The notes beneath the pieces were generated by a model. It made no database searches, was not told where the DNA came from, and worked only from the letters and a program-made list of their open reading frames with translations. 64,000 nt of DNA from Pseudothermotoga sp. (GTDB taxonomy: Bacteria; Thermotogota; Thermotogae; Thermotogales; DSM-5069): the NCBI GenBank assembly GCA_031962025.1, contig JAVRKW010000001.1; one strand, given 5' to 3'. This document shows positions 1 through 10,632 of this stretch, piece after piece. A program made the translations under genes and the position numbers. Every line of letters begins with the position of its first letter. Position 1 is the first letter of the stretch.

Positions 1-254
1 CCGAACTTTGAAATGTCTGTGTTTTCAAAGAATATCTGCCCATCAGTTGGATCTGTGAGTCTTAAAATAGTTCGCGCCACAGTCGTTTTGCCACATCCAG
101 ATTCACCGACAAGAGCAAAAGTTTTACCTTTTTCTATTTCAAAACTCACATCGTCCACGGCTTTGATTTCTGCAACAGTACGCTTTATCAAAAATCCTTG
201 TTTGACTGGAAAGTATTTCTTAAGATTTTTTACCTTAAGCAGAATCTCGTCCAC
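1..254 (-). CDS. Oligopeptide/dipeptide ABC transporter ATP-binding protein (OppF-like), N-terminal part; runs off window
   Basis: Manual translation from GTG at 254: [58 protein letters not shown] (Walker A). Confidence 0.9.
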   Translation of the reverse strand, partial: MDEILLKVKNLKKYFPVKQGFLIKRTVAEIKAVDDVSFEIEKGKTFALVGESGCGKTTVARTILRLTDPTDGQIFFENTDISKF

Positions 255-255
255 T

Positions 256-1236
256 TTACTTGCCACCTCCAACTGGATTGAAACAGCGTACAAAATGTCC
301 CTTGGAAATTTCAACCATATCCGGGATTTTCTGATTGCATTCATCTACACTCCTGGGACATCTGGGTAAGAAAGGACAAACCTTTGGTATGTCTATCATT
401 CTTGGGGGTTGTCCTGGAATTGGTTCGAGCCTGTCGATTTTCTTGTCGATTCTTGGAATACTCCTGAGCAGCATGTGGGTATAGGGATGTGTGGGATGAT
501 AGAAAATATCATCAGAACTCCCCATTTCCATCTGCTTTCCACCGTACATTACTATGATTCGATCAGCCATAGAAGCTATTACTCCAAGGTCATGGGTGAT
601 GAATATCATGGCTGTTCCTAACTTCTGTTGAAGGTCTCTCATCAGGTCAAGTATCTGGGCTTGTATTGTAACATCGAGTGCGGTTGTTGGTTCATCGGCA
701 ATCAGGATCGATGGGTTACAGCTTAAAGCGATGGCAATCACTACGCGCTGTCTCATACCGCCGCTGAATTCGAACGGATAAGACCTCATTCTTTTTTCTG
801 GTTCTGGTATCTGAACCAGACCGAGCATTTCAACAGCCCTCTTGTATGCTTCCTGTTTTGACACTTTCTGGTGCTGAATGATTGTTTCCATCAATTGATC
901 CCCTATTGTATACAGAGGATTCAGTGAGGTCATCGGATCCTGAAATACCATACTGATTTCTTTACCGCGAATCTTGTACATCTCTTTTTCATCGTACTTG
1001 AGTATATCCTGGCCCTTGTATATGATCTGGCCATTCACGATCTTGCCCGGATATTTGATCAGTCTCATGATCGATTTGACAGTTACGCTCTTGCCAGATC
1101 CGGTTTCACCAACTATTCCCAGTACTTCTTTTGGTGCAAGGTCAAAACTGACATCGTCAACGGCTGCAACAACCCCTTCATCCATGTAAAAATACGTCGA
1201 AAGGTTTTTCACCGACAGGATGTTTTCCAAGCTCAA
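256..1236 (-). CDS. Oligopeptide ABC transporter ATP-binding protein (OppD-like)
   Basis: GETGSGKS Walker A, FSGGMRQR signature, DEPTTALD Walker B, C-terminal CPFLPRC oligo_HPY domain. Confidence 0.95.
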   Translation of the reverse strand: MSLENILSVKNLSTYFYMDEGVVAAVDDVSFDLAPKEVLGIVGETGSGKSVTVKSIMRLIKYPGKIVNGQIIYKGQDILKYDEKEMYKIRGKEISMVFQDPMTSLNPLYTIGDQLMETIIQHQKVSKQEAYKRAVEMLGLVQIPEPEKRMRSYPFEFSGGMRQRVVIAIALSCNPSILIADEPTTALDVTIQAQILDLMRDLQQKLGTAMIFITHDLGVIASMADRIIVMYGGKQMEMGSSDDIFYHPTHPYTHMLLRSIPRIDKKIDRLEPIPGQPPRMIDIPKVCPFLPRCPRSVDECNQKIPDMVEISKGHFVRCFNPVGGGK

Positions 1237-1814
1237 CTACCTCCCGATTCCAAGAGCATATAAACTTGATCATCCTTTGAATCGTAAACCATTAGTTTTT
1301 TACCATCTACCTCTATTACCAATGGTACCACAAGATACCCATTTTCGAAAATTCCTTCATATCCTTTTAGAACATCCTTTATTATTTTATACACTATTTC
1401 GTCAAAACTGTCTGCCTGTGGTCTTGCGGTATATAAAATCTCTCTTTGATCATCTACCGGTACTCTGATCAACTGTTCAAACCGATGCAGATTAGATTGT
1501 AGATCGCCCACTGCTTTGATATGAGATGATACCACATCCACGATCTTTTTTTCAAGCTCTTCATCCCAGTAAAATCTGAAAATCTGTCCGTGATAAATCA
1601 ACTGATCGTCAAAGACGATTAATGATGATTTTTCAGAATCGCTCTGCTTGTAGTCAACTTTGAGTTTTTTCAACGCCAGCTCGAAAGCAGTTTTTGTCTG
1701 CTCATCACAGTTGAAATACACACTAATTTTTCCTGGTTTTGAATATCTGTACACCAGCAAAATCAGTACCAAAAAAGTAAGAATACCAATCCAGCCAAGT
1801 TTGTAAGTTTTCAT
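1233..1814 (-). CDS. Hypothetical membrane-anchored protein
   Basis: ATG at 1814 overlaps upstream TGA (ATGA coupling); N-terminal TM helix LGWIGILTFLVLILLVY; fills the operon gap. Confidence 0.75.
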   Translation of the reverse strand: MKTYKLGWIGILTFLVLILLVYRYSKPGKISVYFNCDEQTKTAFELALKKLKVDYKQSDSEKSSLIVFDDQLIYHGQIFRFYWDEELEKKIVDVVSSHIKAVGDLQSNLHRFEQLIRVPVDDQREILYTARPQADSFDEIVYKIIKDVLKGYEGIFENGYLVVPLVIEVDGKKLMVYDSKDDQVYMLLESGGS

Positions 1815-2974
1815 TTTACAAGGTGACAGGATACAAAATGATCTGGTTTTATTTCCCTCAACTGAGGCTCGATACGGCTGCATTCCTCAGTTGCCATGTA
1901 ACACCTTGTATGAAAACGACATCCTGATGGAGGATTTATCGGGCTTGGTACGTCTCCCTTGAGTATAATTCGTTCTTTTTTGATGTTTGGATTGGGTATG
2001 GGTATTGCGCTCATGAGAGCTCTTGTATATGGATGAAGTGGATTGTCGAATAGTTCTTTTTTTGGTGCTGATTCTACAATCTTTCCAAGGTACATCACTA
2101 TGACTCTGTCGCTGACATATTTGATCACGGACAGATCGTGAGATATGAACAGATAAGTCAATTTGTGCTCTTTCTGGAGATCTTTCATCAGATTTATCAC
2201 CTGCGATCGTATTGATACATCGAGTGCCGCAACGGCTTCATCGGCTATTATGAGTTTTGGTGATAGTGCTAACGCTCTTGCTATACCAATTCTCTGGCGC
2301 TGCCCACCGGAGAATTCATGTGGAAATCTGTATATATACTCACCGCTTATACCGACATCTTCTAAGACTGTTTTCACTTTTTCGATTACTTCTTTTTCAT
2401 TTCTCACCAGTTTGTGGGTAATGGGTCCTTCACCCACAATGGTTTTTATGCGAAGCCTCGGGTTGAGGGAACTATAAGGATCTTGAAAGACTATTTGAAG
2501 ATCCCTTCTGAACTTTTTTCTTTTTTCATCCATATTTGAAAGCATCATAGACAAAAATTTTGATGCCGAGCCTTTTGCGTCGTTGAAAAAGATTTCGGCA
2601 TAACGGCGATCCACACCGTCTAAGGAATTCAATACAGAGTCTATTGAGCCTTTCTCTGATAACAATTTATGGAATTTCTGGGTGTAGTTTTTCTTCAGAT
2701 AAGCTCTTGCTTTTGCTGTCGAAAGAAAGTAATATGTTGTATCCTCATCGCCAATGATGATCTTTCCTGAGGTAGGTTCATACAAACGCAGTAACGTCAT
2801 ACCAATCGTTGTTTTACCGCAACCGGACTCACCGACAAGACCAACTGTCTCACCTTCAAAGATATCAAATGAGACATCATCAACTGCCTTGACCCATGCC
2901 ACGATTCTTTTGAAAACTCCTGCCCTGATCGGAAAGTATTTGACAAGTCGTTCCACTCTGACAAGTGGTTTCAT
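1811..2974 (-). CDS. Oligopeptide ABC transporter ATP-binding protein (OppF-like) with internal insertion
   Basis: [25 protein letters not shown]-terminal GCRFHTRC. Confidence 0.95.
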   Translation of the reverse strand: MKPLVRVERLVKYFPIRAGVFKRIVAWVKAVDDVSFDIFEGETVGLVGESGCGKTTIGMTLLRLYEPTSGKIIIGDEDTTYYFLSTAKARAYLKKNYTQKFHKLLSEKGSIDSVLNSLDGVDRRYAEIFFNDAKGSASKFLSMMLSNMDEKRKKFRRDLQIVFQDPYSSLNPRLRIKTIVGEGPITHKLVRNEKEVIEKVKTVLEDVGISGEYIYRFPHEFSGGQRQRIGIARALALSPKLIIADEAVAALDVSIRSQVINLMKDLQKEHKLTYLFISHDLSVIKYVSDRVIVMYLGKIVESAPKKELFDNPLHPYTRALMSAIPIPNPNIKKERIILKGDVPSPINPPSGCRFHTRCYMATEECSRIEPQLREIKPDHFVSCHLVK

Positions 2975-3978
2975 CGTCCATCACCAGCCTCTTTTTTCTT
3001 TGCCTGTTCTACTTTTTCCCAGAAAAAGCACCTCACAAAATGTCCTTTTACGACCTCTATCAACTCAGGTTCTTCAGTACTGCATTTTTCCTGTGCAAAT
3101 TCACATCTTGGGTGGAATTTGCAACCACTCGGGAATTTCAAAGGATTTGGTACTACACCGGGAATGTTGTATAAGCGGGTTTGTTCCACATCGAGCCTTG
3201 GTATGGCGTGCAAAAGCCCCCAAGTATACGGGTGCTTTGGATCATTGAATAATGTCTTGACATCGGTATATTCAACGGCTTTTCCAGCATACATTACAAC
3301 GACACGATCAGCGTTTTCGGCGATCACGCCCATATCGTGTGTGATCAGAATTATCGCCATTCCATACTCTTTCTGAAGTTGTTTCATGAGCTCCATTATT
3401 TGCGCTTGAATAGTCACATCAAGAGCTGTTGTGGGTTCATCTGCTATGAGAATCTTTGGCTTACAGGACAGTGCCATTGCTATCATAGCTCTCTGACGCA
3501 TACCTCCGGATAACTCGTGGGGATACTCGTCCACTCTTTTTTCTGGTTCGGGGATACCAACCTTTCTGAGCAGGTCTACTGCCATTTTTTTTGCGGTTGC
3601 TTCATCGACTTTTTGATGCAGAACAATGGCTTCGACGATTTGCTCTCCTATGGTGAAAACAGGATTGAGTGCAACCATCGGTTCTTGAAAGATCATAGCG
3701 ATGTCCTTACCTCGTATTTTTCTCATGTCTTCTTCCGGTATTTTAGTTAAATCGATGTTGTCAAAGACAACCGAACCTTCAACGATTTTTCCTTTTTCAT
3801 CTAGTATTCGGAGTATTGAAAGTGAAGTAACGCTTTTTCCACATCCTGATTCACCAACGATTCCGAGTGTCTCACCCTGGAAAACCTCAAAATCCACACC
3901 ATCTACAGCCTTTACAATTCCATCTTCTGTATAGAAATATGTCTTTAGATTCTTTACGGTGAGTATTGGCTGTTTCAC
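2971..3978 (-). CDS. Oligopeptide ABC transporter ATP-binding protein (OppD-like)
   Basis: [32 protein letters not shown]. Confidence 0.95.
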   Translation of the reverse strand: MKQPILTVKNLKTYFYTEDGIVKAVDGVDFEVFQGETLGIVGESGCGKSVTSLSILRILDEKGKIVEGSVVFDNIDLTKIPEEDMRKIRGKDIAMIFQEPMVALNPVFTIGEQIVEAIVLHQKVDEATAKKMAVDLLRKVGIPEPEKRVDEYPHELSGGMRQRAMIAMALSCKPKILIADEPTTALDVTIQAQIMELMKQLQKEYGMAIILITHDMGVIAENADRVVVMYAGKAVEYTDVKTLFNDPKHPYTWGLLHAIPRLDVEQTRLYNIPGVVPNPLKFPSGCKFHPRCEFAQEKCSTEEPELIEVVKGHFVRCFFWEKVEQAKKKEAGDGR

Positions 3979-3989
3979 ACTATCACTCC

Positions 3990-4868
3990 TTATCCTCTAA
4001 GCCTCGGATCAAAGACATCTCTCAACGCATCCCCCACCAGATTCCACGCAAGAACAAAAAGAACCATGGCAATTCCAGGATAAACAATCGCATACCAGTA
4101 TTTGAATGCTTCACCAGATGCACCGAGCAACCAGTTTCTGGCAAAATTGAGCAAGGATCCCCAGTCTGCATAGCCAACAGGAGCGCCAAGACCGAGAAAA
4201 CTCAGAGCAGCAGCCGTTATAACCAGTGACCCGATTCTCATCGTTGCCTGTATGATCACAGGAAAGATCGTGTTCGGTAAGACGTGTTTGAGTATCACCA
4301 GATAATCATTTACTCCCAGTGCTCTTGCAGCCAGTACATATTGTTCTTCTCTAACCTGCAGGATGTTGCCTCTTATGAGTCTTGCTGTTGCCATCCAGCC
4401 GAACATGATCAGAGAGATCATGACCTTATTCAGCCCCATACCCAAAAACGCGGTCACAACGATTGCCGCCAGTATGTATGGGATCGATAGAAATACATCG
4501 GTTATCCTCATCAAGATCTCATCCAGCCAGCCACCGAAATACCCGGCAATAGAACCTATTAACAACCCTATGAGTGTTGAAGTGAGAGTAACGATCAATC
4601 CAACTTTGAAAGCTGTTCTTGTACCCCATATAACTCCGTAAAAAATGTCTCTTCCATCTATAACTCCAAACGGATGCTCACTCGTTGGCGGTTGTGGCGT
4701 TTTGTCCCACGTGACTATTGGAATCATGTATGGATCGTAAGACTGTGGCGGACATATTAATGGAGCAATTATAGCAATGACGGTGAAAAATATCAGCAGC
4801 GAAAAACCAAGCACAGCAGAAGGATTTCTCATCAATCTTTTTATCATTCTTTTGGTTTCTGTTCTCAC
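3990..4868 (-). CDS. Oligopeptide ABC transporter permease (OppC-like)
   Basis: HPFG..GRDI motif, EAA-like loop YVLAARALG, multiple TM helices. Confidence 0.95.
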   Translation of the reverse strand: MRTETKRMIKRLMRNPSAVLGFSLLIFFTVIAIIAPLICPPQSYDPYMIPIVTWDKTPQPPTSEHPFGVIDGRDIFYGVIWGTRTAFKVGLIVTLTSTLIGLLIGSIAGYFGGWLDEILMRITDVFLSIPYILAAIVVTAFLGMGLNKVMISLIMFGWMATARLIRGNILQVREEQYVLAARALGVNDYLVILKHVLPNTIFPVIIQATMRIGSLVITAAALSFLGLGAPVGYADWGSLLNFARNWLLGASGEAFKYWYAIVYPGIAMVLFVLAWNLVGDALRDVFDPRLRG

Positions 4869-4881
4869 GATTGTTACCTCC

Positions 4882-5919
4882 TCAGCTAAAACGAATTCTT
4901 GGGTCGACAGCAGCGTAAAGTATGTCTATTACAAGATTGCCTATGACCAGAATCAGCGAATAGAAAAGTGTAGAAGCCATGATTGAAGCGTAATCAAGCT
5001 GTGTGGCGGCAGTTGCAGTGAAGCTACCCATACCGGTTCGATTGAAAACCATCTCAACGATAACCGTACCCGCAAAGAGCTGTATCACCATTCCGCCGCC
5101 AACTGTGATAACAGGTATCATTGCATTCTTACGTGCATGCTTGTTGATCACGACATTTTCAGCCAGTCCTTTGGCTCTTGCCGTTCGAATATACTCTTTT
5201 GTCAGCACTTCGAGCATGCTGGAACGTGTAATTCTCAGCAAATACGCCCACCACAACCACGAAAGAGTTATAATGGGAGCAATCATGTGCTGAATGGCAT
5301 CTAAAAAGACATCAAATCTTCCATTGAGCAACGCATCCACCGTCACCAATGAAGTAAATCTTCTAAATTCAGGTGACTTCACAACCGTATCAGCCCAAAA
5401 GCTCAGATTTCCAGGTGGGAACCAGCCAAGTACGCTGTAGAAAATCATCAGCACAAGCAACCCGAAAACGAAATCTGGAAAGCTCCAGCCGATTACAGCA
5501 AAGATTCTAACAAAATGGTCTATGAATTTGTCGCGATTCACAGCCGCGATTATGCCCAGCCATACTCCGACGAATACCACCGGAATTATCGAATAAAGAG
5601 CCAATTCAACTGTCCAGGGTAATCTGTTTAAAATAGCGTCTTTGACCGGCTCTTTACCCACGACAGACCAGCCCAGATCGCCGCTCAGGGTATTTTTCAG
5701 CCATTTCACGTATCTGACAATCATTGGATCCTTTAGCCCGTATTTCTCTTTTATCTTTTCTAATTGGTTTGGAGTCAGTTTGTCCAAAAGTCCCGGGTTG
5801 ACATAAGCCGCCAGAAGTCTGTCTGATCCGAGACTTTGAATCATTCCAAAGACGATGAGTGATATCCCGAACAGGATCAGGGGTAGCAGCAAAAGTCTTC
5901 TTATGATGTACGCAACCAA
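4882..5919 (-). CDS. Oligopeptide ABC transporter permease (OppB-like)
   Basis: YIIRRL N-terminus, GDLGWS, YIRTARAKGL, DPRIR C-terminus. Confidence 0.95.
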   Translation of the reverse strand: MVAYIIRRLLLLPLILFGISLIVFGMIQSLGSDRLLAAYVNPGLLDKLTPNQLEKIKEKYGLKDPMIVRYVKWLKNTLSGDLGWSVVGKEPVKDAILNRLPWTVELALYSIIPVVFVGVWLGIIAAVNRDKFIDHFVRIFAVIGWSFPDFVFGLLVLMIFYSVLGWFPPGNLSFWADTVVKSPEFRRFTSLVTVDALLNGRFDVFLDAIQHMIAPIITLSWLWWAYLLRITRSSMLEVLTKEYIRTARAKGLAENVVINKHARKNAMIPVITVGGGMVIQLFAGTVIVEMVFNRTGMGSFTATAATQLDYASIMASTLFYSLILVIGNLVIDILYAAVDPRIRFS

Positions 5920-5935
5920 AGATCACACCTCCCGA

Positions 5936-7906
5936 TCAAATCTTGAATCGATCTGACAGAGCTTTTAACTCCATTACCATATTCGTCAGTTCATCAACTC
6001 TTTCTGACAGGTCCTTTGTATTACTTGCCTGCTCAATGACAGATTGTGCTACTTCGCCGGTTATTCTTGATACTGCTTCAATGTTTTTGGTAATTCTGTC
6101 GACAGCCGTGCTTATTTCCTCTATTGCACCACTTTGTTCCTGACTGGTTGCAGCAAGATCATTTGCTGCCAGAGTGAATTCCTCTATATCTTTTACCATA
6201 TTTTCTATTTGCTGTGCACTTTCATTCAAAACACTCAGAGAGTCCTGTATTTGATTCACGACTTCCTGTCCTCCCTGAGCTACCAAGAGGCTTTGCGATT
6301 TGATCTGTTTCAAAATATCTGTTACTTCCCCAGTTGCGCTCCTGCTCTGTTCAGCGAGTTTTCTTATCTCGTCTGCAACAACCGCAAAACCTCTTCCTGC
6401 TTCTCCCGCTCTTGCTGCTTCTATGGCGGCATTCAGCGCAAGTAAATTTGTTTGCTCTGCAATATTGTATATTGCATCTGTTATTTCTCCAATGCGATTG
6501 GAAAGATCAACCAGTTTTTGTACAAATTGCATGGACATCTGACCGCGTTCTGCCGTTTGTTTCATGGATCTGGTGAGTTCTTTCATAGAATTTTCAGTCG
6601 AAAAGGCACTGTTTTTGAGTTTTTCAGATCCTTCGGCAAGTTTTGAAGCATTTTTTGCGGTGTTTTGAGCACCAGAGGCTATTTCTTCCATTCCCGAATT
6701 GACTTCCGAGATAGATGAAACAATTTCTTCTACATTTTTGTTGACCTTTTCGGCTGACTTTTGCGCCTGATCTGATACAAAGGTCGCCTGTTCTAAACTC
6801 TTACTCATGCGGTCAGAGAAGCCTTCAATCTGTTCGCCGAGTCTTTTGATTTTTGCCACACTATCTTTTAGACTTTCACTGACAAGTGAGAATGCTTTGG
6901 AAAGTTTACCTATCTCGTCTTTACTTTCAATCTTCTGGGATGCTGTCAGATCGCCGTGCGCAATTTGCTCAGCAACTGACGTTAAAATGCTTAATGGCTT
7001 TGTAATTCTTCCTGTGAAAATCATACCAACGACTATACTTATGAATATAACTATCGCCGAAGCCATCAACGATGTCCACAGAGTTTGAAAGAATACCTCC
7101 TGTATTTCTCTGTATGGCATTGTTAGGGCTAACATCCAGTTTGCCGACAAAATTGGTGAAATCGTGGCTATCTTCTTTTCTCCGTCAAAATTGTAGATTA
7201 CAACGCCGGGCTGTGCTTTCTTGATTTCGTCCTCAAGTGTTTTAAGAGAACTGCTGATCTGACTTAGTGTTTTTCCAACGTATTCTTGCTTTGGATGAGC
7301 CAGCACAACTGCATCAAGATCTGATAGGAAGGCATAACCAGTTTTGCCGTAATTGATGGTTTTGATCATCTGCCAGAATTTTTCCTGTGGTATCAGAGCG
7401 GCGAACAAACCCGCAGTGTTTCCACTGTAATCTTTGACTTTGCTTGCAAGAACAACACAGTTGGTTCCCTGCCAGTCGAAGTTATCCTGAACATAGAAAT
7501 CTTTATTTTGCAGAGTAATTGCCTGAAAGAAGTTGTATTTTGACACATCTATTTCCTGTTCGGTGTACGTAAATGCTTTTCCTTGCAGATTTGACAATAA
7601 ATAATCGACAAAACCGAGTTTTTCGAGTGTTTCTTTGTGCGATTTCAACGCCATAACAACCATCGTTTTTTCGAAAATCATCAAATAGCTTTCAAAGTTT
7701 GATGCAATCGTAGAAATCTCTGATGATCTTTGCATTAACCAGTGATCCAGCACCAGTGATTCCCTTTCGACTTTCTGCTGCATGGCACTAACTGCAAAGT
7801 CTGTTAAGCGTTTTTGCATTGAGATGATATTCAGCACAGTAACAACTCCAATTCCAGCGACCACAAAAACCACAACCAGTAAGATTATCTTGGCGCGCAC
7901 TGACAC
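5936..7906 (-). CDS. Methyl-accepting chemotaxis protein (Cache-HAMP-MCP)
   Basis: Two TM helices, YGKTGYAF Cache motif, [42 protein letters not shown] signalling hairpin. Confidence 0.97.
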   Translation of the reverse strand: MSVRAKIILLVVVFVVAGIGVVTVLNIISMQKRLTDFAVSAMQQKVERESLVLDHWLMQRSSEISTIASNFESYLMIFEKTMVVMALKSHKETLEKLGFVDYLLSNLQGKAFTYTEQEIDVSKYNFFQAITLQNKDFYVQDNFDWQGTNCVVLASKVKDYSGNTAGLFAALIPQEKFWQMIKTINYGKTGYAFLSDLDAVVLAHPKQEYVGKTLSQISSSLKTLEDEIKKAQPGVVIYNFDGEKKIATISPILSANWMLALTMPYREIQEVFFQTLWTSLMASAIVIFISIVVGMIFTGRITKPLSILTSVAEQIAHGDLTASQKIESKDEIGKLSKAFSLVSESLKDSVAKIKRLGEQIEGFSDRMSKSLEQATFVSDQAQKSAEKVNKNVEEIVSSISEVNSGMEEIASGAQNTAKNASKLAEGSEKLKNSAFSTENSMKELTRSMKQTAERGQMSMQFVQKLVDLSNRIGEITDAIYNIAEQTNLLALNAAIEAARAGEAGRGFAVVADEIRKLAEQSRSATGEVTDILKQIKSQSLLVAQGGQEVVNQIQDSLSVLNESAQQIENMVKDIEEFTLAANDLAATSQEQSGAIEEISTAVDRITKNIEAVSRITGEVAQSVIEQASNTKDLSERVDELTNMVMELKALSDRFKI

Positions 7907-7921
7907 TTAACCACACCTCCC

Positions 7922-8533
7922 TCAGGCACGAGCAATACAATAAACGGTAATAGACCTGGCTCCGGCGTTCTTTAGAACCTTTGCACATTCTCTGATCGTG
8001 GAACCAGTTGTGAAAACATCATCAATCAACGCTATGTTCTTATAAATTCTGCAAATAGCACGAAAGGAACCCTTCACTGAATTTCGCCTCTGCTCTAAAG
8101 TCATACCCCTTTTGCTGGATTTGGAAAGAGATTCAAGTGTTTTTTTAGCCGGAATACCGGTCATCTTGGATACAGTTTTGGCTATCAGAGCCATTGTATC
8201 AAAACCCCGTTCTTCTAATGAAGACAGACTCGATGGAACCCAACTGATAATCTCTGCACAGGAAGGATATGTGCTCATGGTTTTCACCAGAAACTGAGCC
8301 AGTATTTTGTTCAAACGCCAGTGATGGGAATTTTTGTACAATAAGATCAAATCACGCAATTTTGAGTCGTATCTACCATAAAAATACGCTGTAAAAATCT
8401 CTCCATTCTCATGTAGAGCTATAGGACTGCTCGAAAGGTCATTTAGGCAATCTTCACAGAGCAGTTCACTGTGTTTTATCTGCTTGTTGCACAAAAGACA
8501 GTGATTTGGGAAAAGTAACTCGATCAACTCCAA
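7922..8533 (-). CDS. comF: ComF family protein (Zn ribbon + phosphoribosyltransferase fold)
   Basis: CLLC...CEDC N-terminus, RGFD, LIDDVFTTGST. Confidence 0.9.
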   Translation of the reverse strand: MELIELLFPNHCLLCNKQIKHSELLCEDCLNDLSSSPIALHENGEIFTAYFYGRYDSKLRDLILLYKNSHHWRLNKILAQFLVKTMSTYPSCAEIISWVPSSLSSLEERGFDTMALIAKTVSKMTGIPAKKTLESLSKSSKRGMTLEQRRNSVKGSFRAICRIYKNIALIDDVFTTGSTIRECAKVLKNAGARSITVYCIARA

Positions 8534-8591
8534 ACTTTTACAACCTCGGGTTTTTAGAATAAATCATTCAAAAACTTTCGGCTTGATTCTA

Positions 8592-9182
8592 TCACAAATC
8601 ATTTTCAATGGCAAAAAGTTCACACATCGCTCTGTACACAGCCCGGTCATATTCACTGCATAACAAAAAGGCTTTTGCGCACAATTTTCTTCTTTGCTGC
8701 AGAACCACATCGCCGCATTGATCTATTGATTTTAAGACAGGTTCATAATCGTTTTGGTCGCATATTGGTACTACGTCTCTGTAATTTTTTGCTGCAGCTC
8801 TGAGCAACGCAAGTCCACCTATATCGACTGATTCAAGCAGTGCTTTTTCATCAAAAGTCTGTACCAGGGGGCGAAGGTTAACAACAACCATGTCAATTGG
8901 CTGGACACCGAGTTCGTAAAGTTGTTGCAGATGTTCTTGACTGGAAAGCTTCGCAAGTACTGCCGCGAAGATCTTTGGATGAAGTGTCTTCACTCTTCCG
9001 TCGAGTAGTTCGTGATAGCCTGTCAGTTGCTCCACTTGTGTTACATTTATACCATTTTCTTTCAAAAAAACGAAGGTGCCATGCGTGGCGACTATCGACA
9101 CCCCTTTTTTTGAAAGTTCTCTCGCAAAATCCACCACACCGGTTTTGTCCCATACACTTATCAATGCTCTTTTTATGTTCAA
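8592..9182 (-). CDS. Stand-alone IMP cyclohydrolase/MGS-like domain protein (PurH N-terminal domain only)
   Basis: ALISVWDKTG, GRVKTLHP, DIGG..LLRAAAKNY; TTG at 9182 preceded by GGAG; ends at ~196 aa. Confidence 0.85.
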   Translation of the reverse strand: MNIKRALISVWDKTGVVDFARELSKKGVSIVATHGTFVFLKENGINVTQVEQLTGYHELLDGRVKTLHPKIFAAVLAKLSSQEHLQQLYELGVQPIDMVVVNLRPLVQTFDEKALLESVDIGGLALLRAAAKNYRDVVPICDQNDYEPVLKSIDQCGDVVLQQRRKLCAKAFLLCSEYDRAVYRAMCELFAIENDL

Positions 9183-9210
9183 CCAATCACTCTCCAGATA
9201 GAATTTTACC

Positions 9211-9234
9211 AAAAAAGGCGGCTTGAAAGCCGCC
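9211..9234 (-). terminator. Rho-independent terminator of uracil permease gene
   Basis: GGCGGCTT-GA-AAGCCGCC stem followed by a T6 tract on the minus strand. Confidence 0.8.
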
Positions 9235-9253
9235 GGTATTTTCTTTTTGATTT

Positions 9254-10465
9254 TCACTCATCTTTTTTGTCTACAATCAACAGATTTGCGATGATGCCAA
9301 CTATTGCAGCCAGACTCAATCCTTTTAATTCAACACGCCCGATCTTCACAGATGCTCCACCAATTCCAACTGTAAGTATCAAAGAAGCCACAAGAAGATT
9401 TTTTGCTTTTGAAAAATCGACCTTTGCGTTTACAAGTGTTCTTATACCAACTGAAGCGATCATCCCAAAGAGAATCAGACTTATACCACCGATGACACAA
9501 GCTGGCACTGTTCTGAGCAGGGCACCGAATTTTGAAATGAAAGCCACGATCAGCGCAATCACCGCGGCACCTCTGAGTACTCTTGGGTCATAAACACGCG
9601 TTAGGGCAAGGACACCTGTATTTTCACTGTATGTTGTATTTGCTGGTCCCCCGAATAACCCGGCTATGGAAGTCGCTAACCCATCGCCTATAAGAGTTCT
9701 GTGTAAACCGGGATATTCAAAGAAATTCTTACCTACAACAGCACCGTTGGTCGTGATATCACCTATATGTTCCATGAAAGTTGCTATTGAAACAGGAGCT
9801 ATCATTGCTATAGCCGTCCAATCAAACTTGGGCAAGATGAATTTTGGAACGCTGAACCAGCTGGCTTGATTCAAAATAGATGTATCAACCTGCCCGGTCA
9901 GAAGTGCAAAAATATAACCCACAACGACCCCCGACAGAACTGGCACCAGACTCCAGAAACCTTTCAAAAGGGTAGAGACCAGTATAACTGTTACGATAAC
10001 CACAATTGCGACTGTCCAGTTTGTACTTGCCATCTGAATCGCAACGGGGCTCAAGGTGAGACCTATCACAACGATCATTGGTCCTGTAACGACAGGTGGA
10101 AATAATTTTTTAACCCTTTCGATCCCGAGCAACCACACAGCCAGTGCAAACAACAAATATACAAGCCCTGCCGCAAAAATGCCTCCAGTAGCATACGAAA
10201 GATCGTTGAACTTTTCTTTTACCATAATTATAGGTGCTATGAAAGCAAAGCTCGATCCAAGAAAAACCGGGACAACTCCTGCGGTGAATAGATGAAAGAT
10301 CAGTGTTCCAAGACCAGCAGTAAAAAGTGCTACAAGTGGATCAAGACCGGTGAGTAGAGGAACTAACACCGTCGCGCCGAACATTGCCACAAAGTGTTGA
10401 AAAGAAAGAACAAAATACTTCCAGCCAGTTACACACTGCTGAACGAGCAATACCTGAGTTTGCAT
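9254..10465 (-). CDS. pyrP: Uracil/xanthine permease (NCS2 family, UraA/PyrP-like)
   Basis: QHFVAMFGATVLVP, FLGSSFAFI, PANTTYSENTG NAT motif; ATG 10465 preceded by AAGGAGG. Confidence 0.93.
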   Translation of the reverse strand: MQTQVLLVQQCVTGWKYFVLSFQHFVAMFGATVLVPLLTGLDPLVALFTAGLGTLIFHLFTAGVVPVFLGSSFAFIAPIIMVKEKFNDLSYATGGIFAAGLVYLLFALAVWLLGIERVKKLFPPVVTGPMIVVIGLTLSPVAIQMASTNWTVAIVVIVTVILVSTLLKGFWSLVPVLSGVVVGYIFALLTGQVDTSILNQASWFSVPKFILPKFDWTAIAMIAPVSIATFMEHIGDITTNGAVVGKNFFEYPGLHRTLIGDGLATSIAGLFGGPANTTYSENTGVLALTRVYDPRVLRGAAVIALIVAFISKFGALLRTVPACVIGGISLILFGMIASVGIRTLVNAKVDFSKAKNLLVASLILTVGIGGASVKIGRVELKGLSLAAIVGIIANLLIVDKKDE

Positions 10466-10472
10466 TTTTAAT

Positions 10473-10510
10473 CCTCCTTTCTGCCCTCTCAGGAGCAAAT
10501 TAAAGGACCC
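10473..10510 (-). promoter_or_regulatory. PyrR-binding RNA stem-loop overlapping the RBS
   Basis: Minus strand GUCCUUUAAUU-UGCUC-CUGAGA-GGGCA-GAAAGGAGG matches the PyrR consensus (CUUUAA internal loop, CNGNGA hexaloop), directly upstream of uracil permease. Confidence 0.8.
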
Positions 10511-10632
10511 TTGAAAAGTCTATCATCGTGGCTCTTAACTGTCAACATTTTTCTGAAAAATGGCGTGTTATAATAGAAAAAAATTTATCTATGGTGTAAT
10601 TAATTATCTATTAGGAAATCGGAGGTGATTGA

